Shown: in pieces, positions 30,001-45,000 of the stretch | Numbering within the stretch: the stretch's first letter is position 1 | Layout of the letters: each line of letters starts with the position of its first letter | From: Mobula hypostoma | Lineage: Eukaryota | Assembly (NCBI RefSeq): GCF_963921235.1 | Contig: NC_086109.1 | Location: 372,001-436,000 of the forward strand | Direction: 5' to 3' | Length of the DNA stretch: 64,000 nucleotides | Program-made: the position numbers and the translations under genes | The notes under the pieces: generated by a model | Seen by the model: the letters and a program-made list of their open reading frames with translations, nothing else | The model's database searches: none | Told to the model about the DNA's origin: nothing

Positions 30001-33000
30001 AGTGTTGAGGGAGCTTCAATCTGTGTCTGACCCGTAGCCTGGGAGTGTGTGTTGGGACAGTGTAGAAGGAGTTTCACTCTGTGTCTGACCCGTGTCCTGG
30101 GAGTGTGTGATGAAACAGTGTAGAGGGAGTGTGTGATGGACAGCGAAGAGGGAGTGGGTGATGGACAGTGTAGATATAGTGTGTGATGGGATAGTGTAGA
30201 CAGAGAGTGTGATGGACAGTGTAGGGGGAATGTGTGATGGGACAGTGTAGAGGGAGTGTGTGATGGACATTGCAGAGGGAGTGTGTGATGGGACAGTGTA
30301 GAGAGAGCGTGTGATGGGAAAGTGTAGAGGGAGCGTGTGATGGGACAGTGCAGGGGGAGGGTGTGATGGGACGGTGTAGAGGGAGTGTGTGATGGGACAG
30401 TGTAGAGGGAGTTTGTGATGGTTCTGTGTAGGGGGAGTGTGCGATGGACAGTGTAGAGGGAGTGTGTGATGGGACAGTGTAGAGGGAGTGTGTGATGGAC
30501 AGTGTAGAGGGAGTGTGTGGTGGGACAGTGTAGAGGGAGTGTGTGATGGACAGTGTAGATATAGTGTGTGATGGGACAGTGTAGACGGAGAGTGTGATGG
30601 ACAGTGTAGGGGGAGTGTGTGATGGGACAGTGTAGAGGGAGTATGTGATGGACAGTGCAGAGGGAGTGTGTGATGGGACAGTGTAGAGAGAGCGTGTGAT
30701 GGGACAGTGTAGAGGGTGCCTGTGATGGGACAGTGCAGGGGGAGTGTGTGATGAGACGGTGTAGAGGGAGTGTGTGATGGGACAGTGTAGAGGGAGTTTG
30801 TGATGGTTCTGTGTAGGGGGAGTGTGCGATGGACAGTGTAGAGGGAGTGTGAGATGGGACAGTGTAGAGGGAGTGTTTGATGGACAGTGAAGAGGGAGTG
30901 GGTGATGGACAGTGTAGAGGGAGTGTGTGATGGACAGTGTAGATATAGTGTGTGATGGGACAGTGTAGACGGAGAGTGTGATGGACAGTGTAGGGGGAGT
31001 GTGTGATGGGACAGTGTAGAGGGAGTGTGTGATGGGACAGTGTAGAGAGAGCGTGTGATGGGACAGTGTAGAGGGAGCGTGTGATGGGACAGTGCAGGGG
31101 GAGGGTGTGATGGGACGGTGTAGAGGGAGTGTGTGATGGGACAGTGTAGAGGGAGTTTGTGATGGTTCTGTGTAAGGGGAGTGTGCGATGGACAGTGTAG
31201 AGGGAGTGTGTGATGGGACAGTGTAGAGGGAGTGTGTGATGGACAGTGTAGAGGGAGCGTGTGGTGGGACAGTGTAGAGGGAGTGTGTGATGGACAGTGT
31301 AGATATAGTGTGTGATGGGACAGTGTAGACGGAGAGTGTGATGGACAGTGTAGGGGGAGTGTGTGATGGGACAGTGTAGAGGGAGTGTGTGATGGACAGT
31401 GCAGAGGGAGTGTGTGATGGGACAGTGTAGAGAGAGCGTGTGATGGGACAGTGTAGAGGGTGCCTGTGATGGGACAGTGCAGGGGGAGTGTGTGATGAGA
31501 CGGTGTAGAGGGAGTGTGTGATGGGACAGTGTAGAGGGAGATTGTGATGGTTCTGTGTAGGGGGAGTGTGCGATGGACAGTGTAGAGGGAGCGTGTGATG
31601 GGACAGTGTAGAGGGAGTGTGTGATGGACAGTGTAGAGGGAGTGTGTGGTGGGACAGTGTCGAGGGAGTGTGTGATGGGACAGTATAGGGGGAGTGTATG
31701 ATGGGACAGTGTAGAGGGAGTTTCACTCTGTGCCTGACCCGCGTCCAGGGATTGTGTGATGGGACAGCGTAGAGGGAGTTTCATTCTGCGTCTGACCCGT
31801 GTCCTGGGAGTGTCTGATGGGACAGTGCAGAGGGAGTGTGTGATGGGACAGTGTAAAGGGAGTTTCACTCTGTGTCTCACCTATGTCCTGAGAGTGTGTG
31901 ATAGGACAGTGTAGAGGGAGTTTCACTCTGTGTCTGACCTGTGTCCTGGGCGTGTGTGATGGGACAGTGTAGAGGGAACTTCACTCTGTGTCTGACCCGT
32001 GTCCTGGGAGTGTGTGATGAGACAGTGTAGAGGGAGCTTCACTCTGTGTCTGACCCGTGTCCTGGGAGTATGTGATGGAACAGTGTAGAGGGAGCTTCAC
32101 TCTGTGTCTGACCCGTGTCCTGGGAGTGTGTGATGGACAGTGTAGAGGGAGTGTGTGATGGGACAGTGTAGAGGGAGGGTGTGATGGACAGTGTAGAGGG
32201 AGTATGTGATGGACAGTGCAGATATAGTGTGTGATGGGACAGTGTAGAGGGAGTTTCACTCTGTGTCTGACCTGTGTCCTGGGAGTGTGTGATGGAACAA
32301 TGTCGAGGGAGCTTCACTCTGTGTTTGACCCGTGTCCTGGGAGTGTGTGATGAGACAGTGTAGAGGGAGCTTCACTCTGTGTCTGACCCGTGTCCTGGGA
32401 GTATGTGATGGGACAGTGTAGAGGGAGCTTCACTCTGTGTCTGACCCGTGTCCTGGGAGTGTGTGATGGACAGTGTAGATATAGTATGTGATTGGACACT
32501 GCAGAGGGAGAGTGTGATGGACAGTGTAGGGGGAGTGTGTGATGGACAATGTCGAGGGAGTGTGTGGTGGGACAGTGTAGAGAGAGTGTGTGATGGGACA
32601 GTGTAGGGGGAGTGTATGATGGGACAGTGTAGATGGAGTGTATGATGGTACAGTGTAGAGGGAGTGTGTGATGAGACAGTGTAGAGGGAGCTTCACTCCG
32701 TGTCTGACACGTGTCCTGGGAGTGTGTGATGAAACAGTGTAGAGGGAGTGTGAGATGGGACAGTGCAGAGGGAGTGTTTGATGGACAGTGAAGAGGGAGT
32801 GGGTGATGGACAATGTAGATATAGTGTGTGATGGGACAGTGTAGACAGAGAGTGTGATGGACAGTGTAGGGGGAATGTGTGATGGGACAGTGTAGAGGGA
32901 GTGTGTGATGGGACAGTGTAGAGAGAGCGTGTGATGGGACAGTGTAGAGGGAGCGTGTGATGGGACAGTGCAGGGGGAGGGTGTGATGGGACGGTGTAGA

Positions 33001-36000
33001 GGGAGTGTGTGATGGGACAGTGTAGAGGGAGTTTGTGATGGTTCTGTGTAGGGGGAGTGTGCGATGGACAGTGTAGAGGGAGTGTGTGATGGGACAGTGT
33101 AGAGGGAGTGTGTGATGGACAGTGTAGAGGGAGTGTGTGGTGGGACAGTGTAGAGGAGTGTGTGATGGACAGTGTAGATATAGTGTGTGATGGGACAGTG
33201 TAGACGGAGAGTGTGATGGACAGTGTAGGGGGAGTGTGTGATGGGACAGTGTAGAGGGAGTGTGTGATGGACAGTGCAGAGGGAGTGTGTGATGGGACAG
33301 TGTAGAGAGAGCGTGTGATGGGACAGTGTAGAGGGTGCCTGTGATGGGACAGTGCAGGGGGAGTGTGTGATGAGACAGTGTAGAGGGAGTGTGTGATGGG
33401 ACAGTGTAGAGGGAGATTGTGATGGTTCTGTATAGGGGGAGTGTGCGATGGACAGTGTAGAGGGAGCGTGTGATGGGACAGTGTAGAGGGAGTGTGTGAT
33501 GGACAGTGTAGAGGGAGTGTGTGGTGGGACAGTGTCGAGGGAGTGTGTGATGGGACAGGATAGGGGGAGTGTATGATGGGACAGTGTAGAGGGAGTTTCA
33601 CTCTGTGCCTGACCCGCGTCCAGGGAGTGTGTGATGGGACAGCGTAGAGGGAGTTTCATTCTGCGTCTGACCCGTGTCCTGGGAGTGTCTGATGGGACAG
33701 TGCAGAGGGAGTGTGTGATGGGACAGTGTAAAGGGAGTTTCACTCTGTGTCTCACCTGTGTCCTGAGAGTGTGTGATAGGACAGTGTAGAGGGAGTTTCA
33801 CTCTGTGTCTGACCTGTGTCCTGGGCGTGTGTGATGGGACAGTGTAGAGGGAACTTCACTCTGTGTCTGACCCGTGTCCTGGGAGTGTGTGATGAGACAG
33901 TGTAGAGGGAGCTTCACTCTGTGTCTGACCCGTGTCCTGGGAGTATGTGATGGAACAGTGTAGAGGGAGCTTCACTCTGTGTCTGACCCGTGTCCTGGGA
34001 GTGTGTGATGGACAGTGTAGAGGGAGTGTGTGATGGGACAGTGCAGAGTGAGGGTGTGATGGACAGTGTAGAGGGAGTATGTGATGGACAGTGTAGATAT
34101 AGTGTGTGATGGGACAGTGTAGAGGGAGTTTCACTCTGTGTCTGACCTGTGTCCTGGGAGTGTGTGATGGAACAATGTAGAGGGAGCTTCACTCTGTGTT
34201 TGACCCGTGTCCTGGGAGAGTGTGATGAGACAGTGTAGAGGGAGCTTCACTCTGTGTCTGACCCGTGTCCTGGGAGTATGTGATGGGACAGTGTAGAGGG
34301 AGCTTCACTCTGTGTCTGACCCGTGTCCTGGGAGTGTGTGATGGACAGTGTAGAGGGAGTGTGTGATGGACAGTGTAGATATAGTGTGTGATTGGACACT
34401 GCAGAGGGAGAGTGTGATGGACAGTGTAGGGGGAGTGTGTGATGGGACAGTGCAGAGGTAGCGTGTGATGGGATACTGTAGAGGGAGTGTGAGATGGGAC
34501 AGTGTAGAGGGAGTGTTTGATGGTTCTGTGTAGTGGGAATGTGCGATGGACAGTGTCGAGGGAGTGTGTGGTGGGACAGTGTAGAGAGAGTGTGTGATGG
34601 GACAGTGTAGGGGGAGTGTACGATGGGACAGTGTAGACAGAGTGTATGATGGTACAGTGTAGAGGGAGTGTGTGATGAGACAGTGTAGAGGGAGCTTCAC
34701 TCCGTGTCTGACCCGTGTCCTGGGAGTGTGTGATGGGACAGTGTAGAGGGAGTGTATGATGGACAGTGTACAAGGAGTGTGTGGTGGGACAGTGTAGAGG
34801 GAGTGTATGATGGTACAGTGTAGAGTGAGTGTGTGATGGGACAGTATAGAGGGAACTTCACTCTGTGTCTGACCCGTGTCCTGGGAGTGTGTGATGGGAC
34901 AGTGTAGAGGGAGCTTCACTCTGTGTCTGACCCGTGTCCTGGGAGTGTGTGATGGGACAGTGTGGAGGGAGCTTCACTCTGTGTTTGACCCGTGTCCTGG
35001 GAGTGTGTGATGAGACAGTGTAGAGGGAGCTTCACTCTGTGTCTGACCCGTGTCCTAGGAATATGTGATGGGACAGTGTAGAGGGAGCTTCACTCTGTGT
35101 CTGACCCGTGTACTGGGAGTGTTTGATGGACAGTGTAGAGGGAGTGTGTGATGGACAGTGTAGAGGGAGTGTGTGATGGACAGTGTAGATATAGTGTGTG
35201 ATTGGACACTGCAGAGGGAGAGTGTGATGGACAGTGTAGGGGGAGTGTGTGATGGGACAGTGTAGAGGGAGTGTGTGATGGACAGTGTAGATATAGTGTG
35301 ATGGGACAGTGTAGACGGAGAGTGTGATGGACAGTGCAGGGGGAGTGTGTGATGGGACAGTGTAGAGGGAGTGTGTGATGGACAGTGCAGAGGGAGTGTG
35401 TGATGGGACAGTGTAGAGAGAGCGTGTGATGGGACAGTGTAGAGGGCGCCTGTGATGGGACAGTGCAGGGGAGTGTGTGATGAGACGGTGTAGAGGGAGT
35501 GTGTGATGGGACAGTGTAGAGGGAGATTGTGATGGTTCTGTGTAGGGGGAGTGTGCGATGGACAGTGTAGAGGGAGCGTGTGATGGGACAGTGTAGAGGG
35601 AGTGTGTGATGGACAGTGTAGAGGGAGTGTGTGGTGGGACAGTGTCGAGGGAGTGTGTGATGGGACAGGATAGGGGGAGTGTATGATGGGACAGTGTAGA
35701 GGGAGTTTCACTCTGTGCCTGACCCGCGTCCAGGGAGTGTGTGATGGGACAGCGTAGAGGGAGTTTCATTCTGCGTCTGACCCGTGTCCTGGGAGTGTCT
35801 GATGGGACAGTGCAGAGGGAGTGTGTGATGGGACAGTGTAAAGGGAGTTTCACTCTGTGTCTCACCTGTGTCCTGAGAGTGTGTGATAGGACAGTGTAGA
35901 GGGAGTTTCACTCTGTGTCTGACCTGTGTCCTGGGCGTGTGTGATGGGACAGTGTAGAGGGAACTTCACTCTGTGTCTGACCCGTGTCCTGGGCGTATGT

Positions 36001-39000
36001 GATGGAACAGTGTAGAGGGAGCTTCACTCTGTGTCTGACCCGTGTCCTGGGAGTGTGTGATGGACAGTGTAGAGGGAGTGTGTGATGGGACAGTGTAGAG
36101 GGAGGGTGTGATGGACAGTGTAGAGGGAGTGTGTGATGGACAGTGTAGATATAGTGTGTGATGGGACAGTGCAGAAGGAGAGTGTGATGGATCTGTGTAG
36201 GGGGAGTGTGCGATGGACAGTGTAGAAGGAGTGTGTAGAGGGAGTGTGTGATGGACAGTGTAGAGGGAGTGTGTGGTAGAACAGTGTAGAGGGAGCGTGT
36301 GATGGGACAGTGTAGAGGGAGTGTGTGATGGGACGGTTTAGAGGGAGTGTGTGATGGGACGGCGTAGAGGGAGTGTGTGATGGGACGGTGTAGGGGTGTG
36401 TGTGATGGGACGGTGTAGAGGGAGTGTGTGATGGGACAGTGTAGGGGGAGTGTGTGATGGGACAGTGTAGGGGGAGTGTGTGATGGGACAGTGTAGAGGG
36501 AGTGTGTGATGGGACGGTTTAGAGGGAGTGTGTGATGGGACAGTCTAGGGGGAGTGTGTGATGGGACAGTCTAGGGGGAGTGTGTGATGGGACAGTGTAG
36601 AGGGAGTGTGTGATGGGACAGTGTAGGGCCAGTGTGTGATGGGACAGTGTAGAGGGAGTGTGTGATGGGACGGTGTAGAGGGAGTGTGTGATGGGACAAT
36701 GTAGCGGAGTGTGTGATGGACAGTGTAGAGGGAGTGTGTGATGGGACAGTGTAGAGGGAGTTTCACAGTGTGTCTGACCGTGTCCTGGGAGTGTGTGATG
36801 GGACAGTGTAGAGGGAGTTTCATTCTGTGTCTGACCCATGTCCTGAGAGTGTGCGATGGGACAGTGTAGAGGGAGTGTGAGATGGACAGTGTCGAGGGAG
36901 TGTGTGCTGGGACACTGTAGAGGGAGTTTCACTCTGTGTCTCACCTGTGTCCTGAGAGCGTGTGATGGAACACTGCAGAGGGAGTTTGTGATGGGACAGT
37001 GTAGGGGGTGTGTGTGATGGGATAGTTTAGAGGGCATGTGTGATGGGACAGTTTAGAGGGAACTTCACTCTGTGTCTGACCCGTGTCCTGGGAGTGTGTG
37101 ATGGGACAGTGTAGAGGGAGTTTCATTCTGTGTCTGACCAGTGTCCTGGGAGTGTGTGATGGGACAGTGTAGAGGGAGTTTCACTCTGTGTCTGACCCGT
37201 GTCCTGGGAGTGTGTGACGGGACAGTGTAGAGGGAGTGTGTGATGGGACAGTGTGGAGGGAGTGTGTGATGGACAGTGTAGCGGGAGTGTGTGATGGGAC
37301 GGTGTAGAGGGAGTGTGTGATTGGACATTGTAGAGGGAGTGTGTGATTGGACAGTGTGTAGGGAGTGTGTGATTGGACAGTGTAGAGGGAGTGTGTGATG
37401 GACAGTGTATAGGGAGTGTGTGATGGGACAGTGTAGAGGGAGTGTGTGATGGGACCGTGTAGACGGATGTGTGATGGGACAGTGTTGGGGGAGTGTGTGA
37501 CGGGACGGTGTAGAGGGAGTGTGTGATGGGACGGTGTAGAGGGAGTGTGTGATGGGACAGTGTAGGGGGAGTGTGTGATGGGACAGTGTAGGGGGAGTGT
37601 GTGATGGGACAGTGTAGAGCGAGTGTGTGATGGGACGGTTTAGAGGGAGTGTGTGATGGGACAGTCTAGGGGGAGTGTGTGATGGGACAGTGTAGAGGGA
37701 GTGTGTGATGGGACGGTGTAGAGGGAGTGTGTGATGGGCCAGTGTAGGGGGAGTGTGTGATGGACAGTGGAGGGGGAGTGTGTGATGGGACGGTGTTGGC
37801 GAGTTTGTGATGGGACGGTGTAGCGGGAGTGTGTGATGGACGGTGTAGGGGGAGTGTGTGACAGAACAGTGTAGAGGAATGTGTGATAGACAGTGTAGAG
37901 GCAGTGTGATGGACAGTGTAGAGGGAGTGTGAGTCGGGAGAGTGTAGGGGGAGTGTGTGACGGGACAGTGTAGAGGAAGTGTGTGATGGGACAGTGTAGA
38001 GGGAGTTTCACACTGTGTCTGAGCCGTGTCCTGGGAGTGTGTGATGGGACAGTGTAGAGGGAGTTTCATTCTGTGTCTGACCCATGTCCTGAGAGTGTGC
38101 GATGGGACAGTGTAGAGGGAGTGTGAGATGGACAGTGTCGAGGGAGTGTGTGCTGGGACACTGTAGAGGGAGTTTCACTCTGTGTCTCACCTGTGTCCTG
38201 AGAGTGTGTGATGGGACACTGCAGAGGGAGTTTGTGATGGGACAGTGTAGGGGGAGTGTGTGATGGGATAGTTTAGAGGGCATGTGTGATGGGACAGTTA
38301 AGAGGGAACATCACTCTGTGTCTGACCCTTGTCCTGGGAGTGTGTGATGGGACAGTGTAGAGGGCGTTTCATTCTGTGTCTGACCAGTGTCCTGGGAGTG
38401 TGTGATGGGACAGTGTAGAGGGAGTTTCACTCTGTGTCTGACCCGTGTCCTGGGAGTGTGTGACGGGACAGAGTAGAGGGAGTTTCACTCTGTGTCTGAC
38501 CCGTGTACTGATAGTGTGTGATGGGACAGTGTAGAGGGAGTGTGTGATGGGACAGTGTGGAGGGAGTGTGTGATGGACAGTGTAGCGGGAGTGTGTGATG
38601 GGACGGTGTAGAGGGAGTGTGTGATTGGACATTGTAGAGCGAGTGTGTGATTGGACAGTGTAGCAGGAGTGTGTGATGGGACGGTGTAGAGGGAGTGTGT
38701 GATTGGACAGTGTAGAGGGAGTGTGTGATGGGACAGTGTAGGGGGAGTGTGTGATGGGACGGTGTAGAGGGAGTGTGTGATGGGACGGTGTAGGGGTGTG
38801 TGTGCTGGGACGGTGTAGAGGGAGTGTGTGATGGGACAGTGTAGGGGGAGTGTGTGATGGGACGGTGTAGAGGGAGTGTGTGATGGGACGGTGTAGGGGT
38901 GTGTGTGCTGGGACGGTGTAGAGGGAGTGTGTGATGGGACGGTGTAGGGGTGTGTGTGATGGGACAGTGTAGAGGGAGTGTGTGATGGGACAGTGTAGGG

Positions 39001-42000
39001 GGAGTGTGTGATTGGACAGTGTAGAGGGAGTTTCACTCTGTGTCTGACCCGTGTCCTGGGAGTATGTGACGGGACAGTGTAGAGGGAGTTTCACTCTGTG
39101 TCTGACCCATGTACTGATAGTGTGTGATGGGACGGTGTAGGGGGAGTGTGTGATGGGACAGTGTAGGGGGAGTGTGTGATGGGACAGTGTGGAGGGAGTG
39201 TGTGATGGGACAGTGTAGGGGGAGTGTGTGATGGGACGGTGTAGAGGGAGTGTGTGATGGGACGGTGTAGGGGTGTGTGTGATGGGACGGTGTAGAGGGA
39301 GTGTGTGATGGGACAGTGTAGGGGGAGTGTGTGATGGGACAGTGTAGGGGGAGTGTGTGATGGGACAGTGTAGAGGGAGTGTGTGATGGGACGGTTTAGA
39401 GGGAGTGTGTGATGGGACAGTCTAGGGGGAGTGTGTGATGGGACAGTGTAGAGGGAGTGTGTGATGGGACAGTGTAGGGGGAGTGTGTGATGGGACAGTG
39501 TAGAGGGAGTGTGTGATGGGACGGTGTAGAGGGAGTGTGTGATGGGACAGTGTAGAGGGAGTGTGTGATGGGACGGTGTAGAGGGAGTGTGTGATGGGAC
39601 AGTGTAGGGGGAGTGTGTGATGGACAGTGCAGAGGGAGTGTGTGATGGACAGTGTAGAGTGAGTGTGTGGTGGGACGGTGTAGGGGTGTGTGTGTGATGG
39701 GACGGTGTAGAGGGAGTGTGTGATGGGACAGTGTAGGGGGAGTGTGTGATGGGACTGTATAGGGGGAGTGTGTGATGGGATAGTGTAGAGCGAGTGTGTG
39801 ATGGGACAGTGTAGAGGGAGTGTGTGATGGGACGGTGTAGAGGGAGTGTGTGATGGGACAATGTAGCGGAGTGTGTGATGGACAGTGTAGAGGGAGTGTG
39901 TGATGGGACAGTGTAGAGGGAGTTTCACAGTGTGTCTGACCCGTGTCCTGGGAGTGTGTGATGGGACAGTGTAGAGGGAGTTTCATTCTGTGTCTGACCC
40001 ATGTCCTGAGAGTGTGCGATGGGACAGTGTAGAGGGAGTGTGAGATGGACAGTGTCGAGGGAGTGTGTGATGGGACAGTGTAGGGGGAGTGTGTGATGGG
40101 ACGGTGTAGAGGGAGTGTGTGATGGGACGGTGTAGGGGTGTGTGTGATGGGACGGTGTAGAGGGAGTGTGTGATGGGACGGTGTAGGGGTGTGTGTGATG
40201 GGACGGTGTAGAGGGAGTGTGTGATGGGACAGTGTAGGGGGAGTGTGTGATGGGACAGTGTAGGGGGAGTGTGTGATGGGACAGTGTAGAGGGAGTGTGT
40301 GATGGGACGGTTTAGAGGGAGTGTGTGATGGGACAGTCTAGGGGGAGTGTGTGATGGGACAGTCTAGGGGGAGTGTGTGATGGGACAGTGTAGAGGGAGT
40401 GTGTGATGGGACAGTGTAGGGGCAGTGCGTGATGGGACAGTGTAGAGGGAGTGTGTGATGGGACGGTGTAGAGGGAGTGTGTGATGGGACAGTGTAGGGG
40501 GAGTGTGTGATGGGACGGTGTAGAGGGAGTGTGTGATGGGACAGTGTAGGGGGAGTGTGTGATGGGACGGTGTAGAGGGAGTGTGTGATGGGACAGTGTA
40601 GAGGGAGTGTGTGATGGACAGTGTAGGGGGAGTGTGTGATGGGACAGTGTAGAGGGAGTGTGTGATGGGACAGTGTAGGGGGAGTGTGTGATGGGAACGT
40701 GTAGAGGGAGTGTGTGATGGAAAGTGTAGAGGGAGTGTATGATGGGACAGTGTAGGGGGAGTGTGTGATGGACAGTGCAGGGGGAGTGTGTGATGGGACA
40801 GTGTAGAGGGAGTGTGTGATGGGACAGTGTAGAGGGAGTGTGTGATGGGACAGTGTAGAGGGAGTGTGTGATGGGACAGTGTAGAGGGAATGTGTGATGG
40901 ACAGTGTAGGGGGAGTGTGTGATGGGACAGTGTAGAGGGAGTGTGTGATGGGACAGTGTAGGGGGAGTGTGTGATGGATTGTGTAGAGGGAGTGTGTGAT
41001 GGATGGTGTAGGGGGAGTGCGTGATGGGACAGTGTAGAGGGAGTGTGTGATGGAAAGTGTAGAGGGAGTGTGTGATGGGACAGTGTAGAGGGAGTGTGTG
41101 ATGGACAGTGCAGGGGGAGAGTGTGATGGGAAATTGTAGGGGGAGAGTGTGTTGGGATGGTGTAGAGGGAGTAGGTGATGGGACAGTGTAGCGGGAGTGT
41201 GTGATGGACAGTGTAGGGGGAGTGTGTGATGGGATGGTGTAGGGGGAGTGTGTGATGGGATGGTGCAGAGGGAATCTGTGATGGGACAGTGTAGAGGGAG
41301 TGTGTGATGGGACAGTGTAGCGGGCGTGTGTGATGGGACGGCGTAGAGGGAGTGGGTGATGGGACAGTGTAGCGGAGTGTGTGATGGGACGGTGTAGAGG
41401 GAGTGTGTGAAGGGACGGTATAGAGGGAGTGTGTGATGGACAGTGTAGAGGGAGTGTGTTATGGACAGTGTAGAGGGAGTGTGTGATGGGACAGTGTAGA
41501 GGGAGTGTGTTATGGACAGTGTAGAGGGAGTGTGTGATGGGACAGTGTAGAGGCAGTGTGATGGACAGTGTAGAGGAAGTGTGAGTTGGGACAGTGTAGG
41601 GGGAGTGTGTGACGGGACAGTGTAGAGGAAGTGTGTGATGGGACAATGTAGCGGAGTGTGTGATGGACAGTGTAGAGGGAGTGTGTGATGGGACAGTGTA
41701 GAGGGAGTTTCACTCTGTGTCTGACCCATGTCCTGAGAGTGTGCGATGGGACACTGCAGAGGGAGTTTGTGATGGGACAGTGTAGAGGGAGTGTGAGATG
41801 GACAGTGTCGAGGGAGTGTGTGCTGGGACACTGTAGAGGGAGTTTCACTCTGTGTCTCACCTGTGTCCCTAGAGTGTGTGATGGGACACTGTAGAGGGAG
41901 TTTGTGATGGGACAGTGTAGGGGGAGTGTGTGATGGGATAGTTTAGAGGGAGTGTGTGATGGGACAGTTTAGAGGGAACTTCACTCTGTGTCTGACCCGT

Positions 42001-45000
42001 GTCCTGGGAGTGTGTGATGGGACAGTGTAGAGGGAGTTTCATTCTCTGTCTGACCAGTGTCCTGGGAGTGTGTGATGGGACAGTGTAGAGGGAGTTTCAC
42101 TCTGTGTCTGTCCCGTGTCCTGGGAGTGTGTGACGGGACAGTGTAGAGGGAGTGTGTGATGGGACAGTGTGGAGGGAGTGTGTGATGGACAGTGTAGCGG
42201 GATTGTGTGATGGGACGGTGTAGAGGGAGTGTGTGATTGGACATTGTAGAGGGAGTGTGTGATTGGACAGTGTGTAGGGAGTGTGTGATTGGACAGTGTA
42301 GAGGGAGTGTGTGATGGACAGTGTATAGGGAGTGTGTGATGGGACAGTGTAGAGGGAGTGTGTGATGGGACCGTGTAGAGGGAGTGTGTGATGGGACAGT
42401 GTAGGGGGAGTGTGTGATGGGACGGTGTAGAGGGAGTGTGTGATGGGACGGTGTAGAGGGAGTGTGTGATGGGACGGTGTAGGGGTGAGTGTGATGGTAC
42501 GGTGTAGAGGGAGTGTGTGATGGGACGGTGTAGGGGGAGTGTGTGATGGGACAGTGTAGGGGGAGTGTGTGATGGGACAGTGTAGAGCGAGTGTGTGATG
42601 GGACGGTTTAGAGGGAGTGTGTGATGGGACAGTCCAGGGGGAGTGTGTGATGGGACAGTGTAGAGGGAGTGTGTGATGGGACGGTGTAGAGGGAGTGTGT
42701 GATGGGACAGTGTAGGGGGAGTGTGTGATGGGACAGTGTAGAGGGAGTGTGTGATGGGACGGTGTAGAGGGAGTGTGTGATGGACAGTGTAGAGGGAGTG
42801 TGTGATGGGACAGTGTAGAGGGAGTGTGTGATGGACAGTGTAGGGGGAGTGTGTGATGGGACGGTGTTGGGGAGTTTGTGATGGGACGGTGTAGCGGGAG
42901 TGTGTGATGGACGGTGTAGGGGGAGTGTGTGATAGAACAGTGTAGAGGAATGTGTGATAGACAGTGTAGAGGCAGTGTGATGGACAGTGTAGAGGGAGTG
43001 TGAGTCGGGACAGTGTAGGGGGAGTGTGTGACGGGACAGTGTAGAGGAAGTGTGTGATGGGACAATGTAGCGGAGTGTGTGATGGACAGTGTAGAGGGAG
43101 TGTGTGATGGGACAGTGTAGAGGGAGTTTCATTCTGTGTCTGACCCATGTCCTGAGAGTGTGCGATGGGACAGTGTAGAGGGAGTGTGAGATGGACAGTG
43201 CCGAGGGAGTGTGTGCTGGGACACTGTAGAGGGAGTTTCACTCTGTGTCTCACCTGTGTCCTGAGAGTGTGTGATGGGACACTGCAGAGGGAGTTTGTGA
43301 TGGGACAGTGCAGGGGGAGTGTGTGATGGGATAGTTTAGAGGGCATGTGTGATGGGACAGTTTAGAGGGAACTTCACTCTGTGTCTGACCCGTGTCCTGG
43401 GAGTGTGTGATGGGACAGTGTAGAGGGAGTTTCACTCTGTGTCTGACCCGTGTCCTGGGAGTGTGTGACGGGACAGTGTAGAGGGCGTTTCACTCTGTGT
43501 CTGACCCGTGTTATGATAGTGTGTGATGGGACAGTGTAGAGGGAGTGTGTGATGGGACAGTGTGGAGGGAGTGTGTGATGGACAGTGTAGCGGGAGTGTG
43601 TGATGGGACGGTGTAGAGGGAGTGTGTGATTGGACATTGTAGAGCGAGTGTGTGATTGGACAGTGTAGCAGGAGTGTGTGATGGAACGGTGTAGAGGGAG
43701 TGTGTGATTGGACAGTGTAGAGGGAGTGTGTGATGGACAGTGTATAGGGAGTGTGTGATGGGACAGTGTAGAGGGAGTGTGTGATGGGACGGTGTAGAGG
43801 GAGTGTGTGATGGGACAGTGTAGGGGGAGTGTGTGATGGGACGGTGTAGAGGGAGTGTGTGATGGGACGGTGTAGGGGTGTGTGTGATGGGACGGTGTAG
43901 AGGGAGTGTGTGATGGGACAGTGTAGAGGGAGTGTGTGATGGGACAGTGTAGAGGGAGTGTGTGATGGGACAGTGTAGAGGGAGTGTGTGATGGGACGGT
44001 GTAGAGGGAGTGTGTGATGGGACAGTGTAGGGGGAGTGTGTGATGGGACGGTGTAGAGGGAGTGTGTGATGGGACAGTGTAGGGGGAGTGTGTGATGGGA
44101 CGGTGTAGAGGGAGTGTGTGATGGGACAGTGTAGAGGGAGTGTGTGATGGACAGTGTAGGGGGAGTGTGTGATGGGACAGTGTAGAGGGAGTGTGTGATG
44201 GGACAGTGTAGGGGGAGTGTGTGATGGGAACGTGTAGAGGGAGTGTGTCATGGTAAGTGTAGGGGGAGTGCGTGATGGGACAGTGTAGAGGGAGTGTGTG
44301 ATGGACAGTGTAGAGGGAGTGTGTGATGGGACAGTGTAGAGGGAGTGTGTGATGGACAGTGCAGGGGGAGTGTGTGATGGGACAGTGTAGAGGGAGTGTG
44401 TGATGGGACAGTGTAGAGGGAGTGTGTGATGGGACGGTGTAGAGGGAGTGTGTGATGGGACAGTGTAGACGGAATGTGTGATGGACAGTGTTGGGGGAGT
44501 GTGTGATGGGACAGTGTAGAGGGAGTGTGTGATGGGACAGTGTAGGGGGAGTGTGTGATGGAAAGTGTAGAGGGAGTGTGTGATGGGACAATGTAGAGGG
44601 AGTGTGTGATGGACAGTGCAGGGGGAGAGTGTGATGGGAAATTGTAGGGGGAGAGTGTGTTGGGATGGTGTAGAGGGAGTGGGTGATGGGACAGTGTAGC
44701 GGGAGTGTGTGATGGACAGTGTAGGGGGAGTGTGTGATGGGATGGTGTAGGGGGAGTGTGTGATGGGATGGTGCAGAGGGAATCTGTGATGGGACAGTGT
44801 CGAGGGAGTGTGTGATGGGACAGTGTAGCGGGAGTGTGTGATGGGACGGCGTAGAGGGAGTGGGTGATGGGACAGTGTAGCGGAGTGTGTGATGGGACGG
44901 TGTAGAGGGAGTGTGTGAAGGGACGGTGTAGAGGGAGTGTGTGATGGACAGTGTAGAGGGAGTGTGTTATGGACAGTGTAGAGGGAGTGTGTGATGGAAC

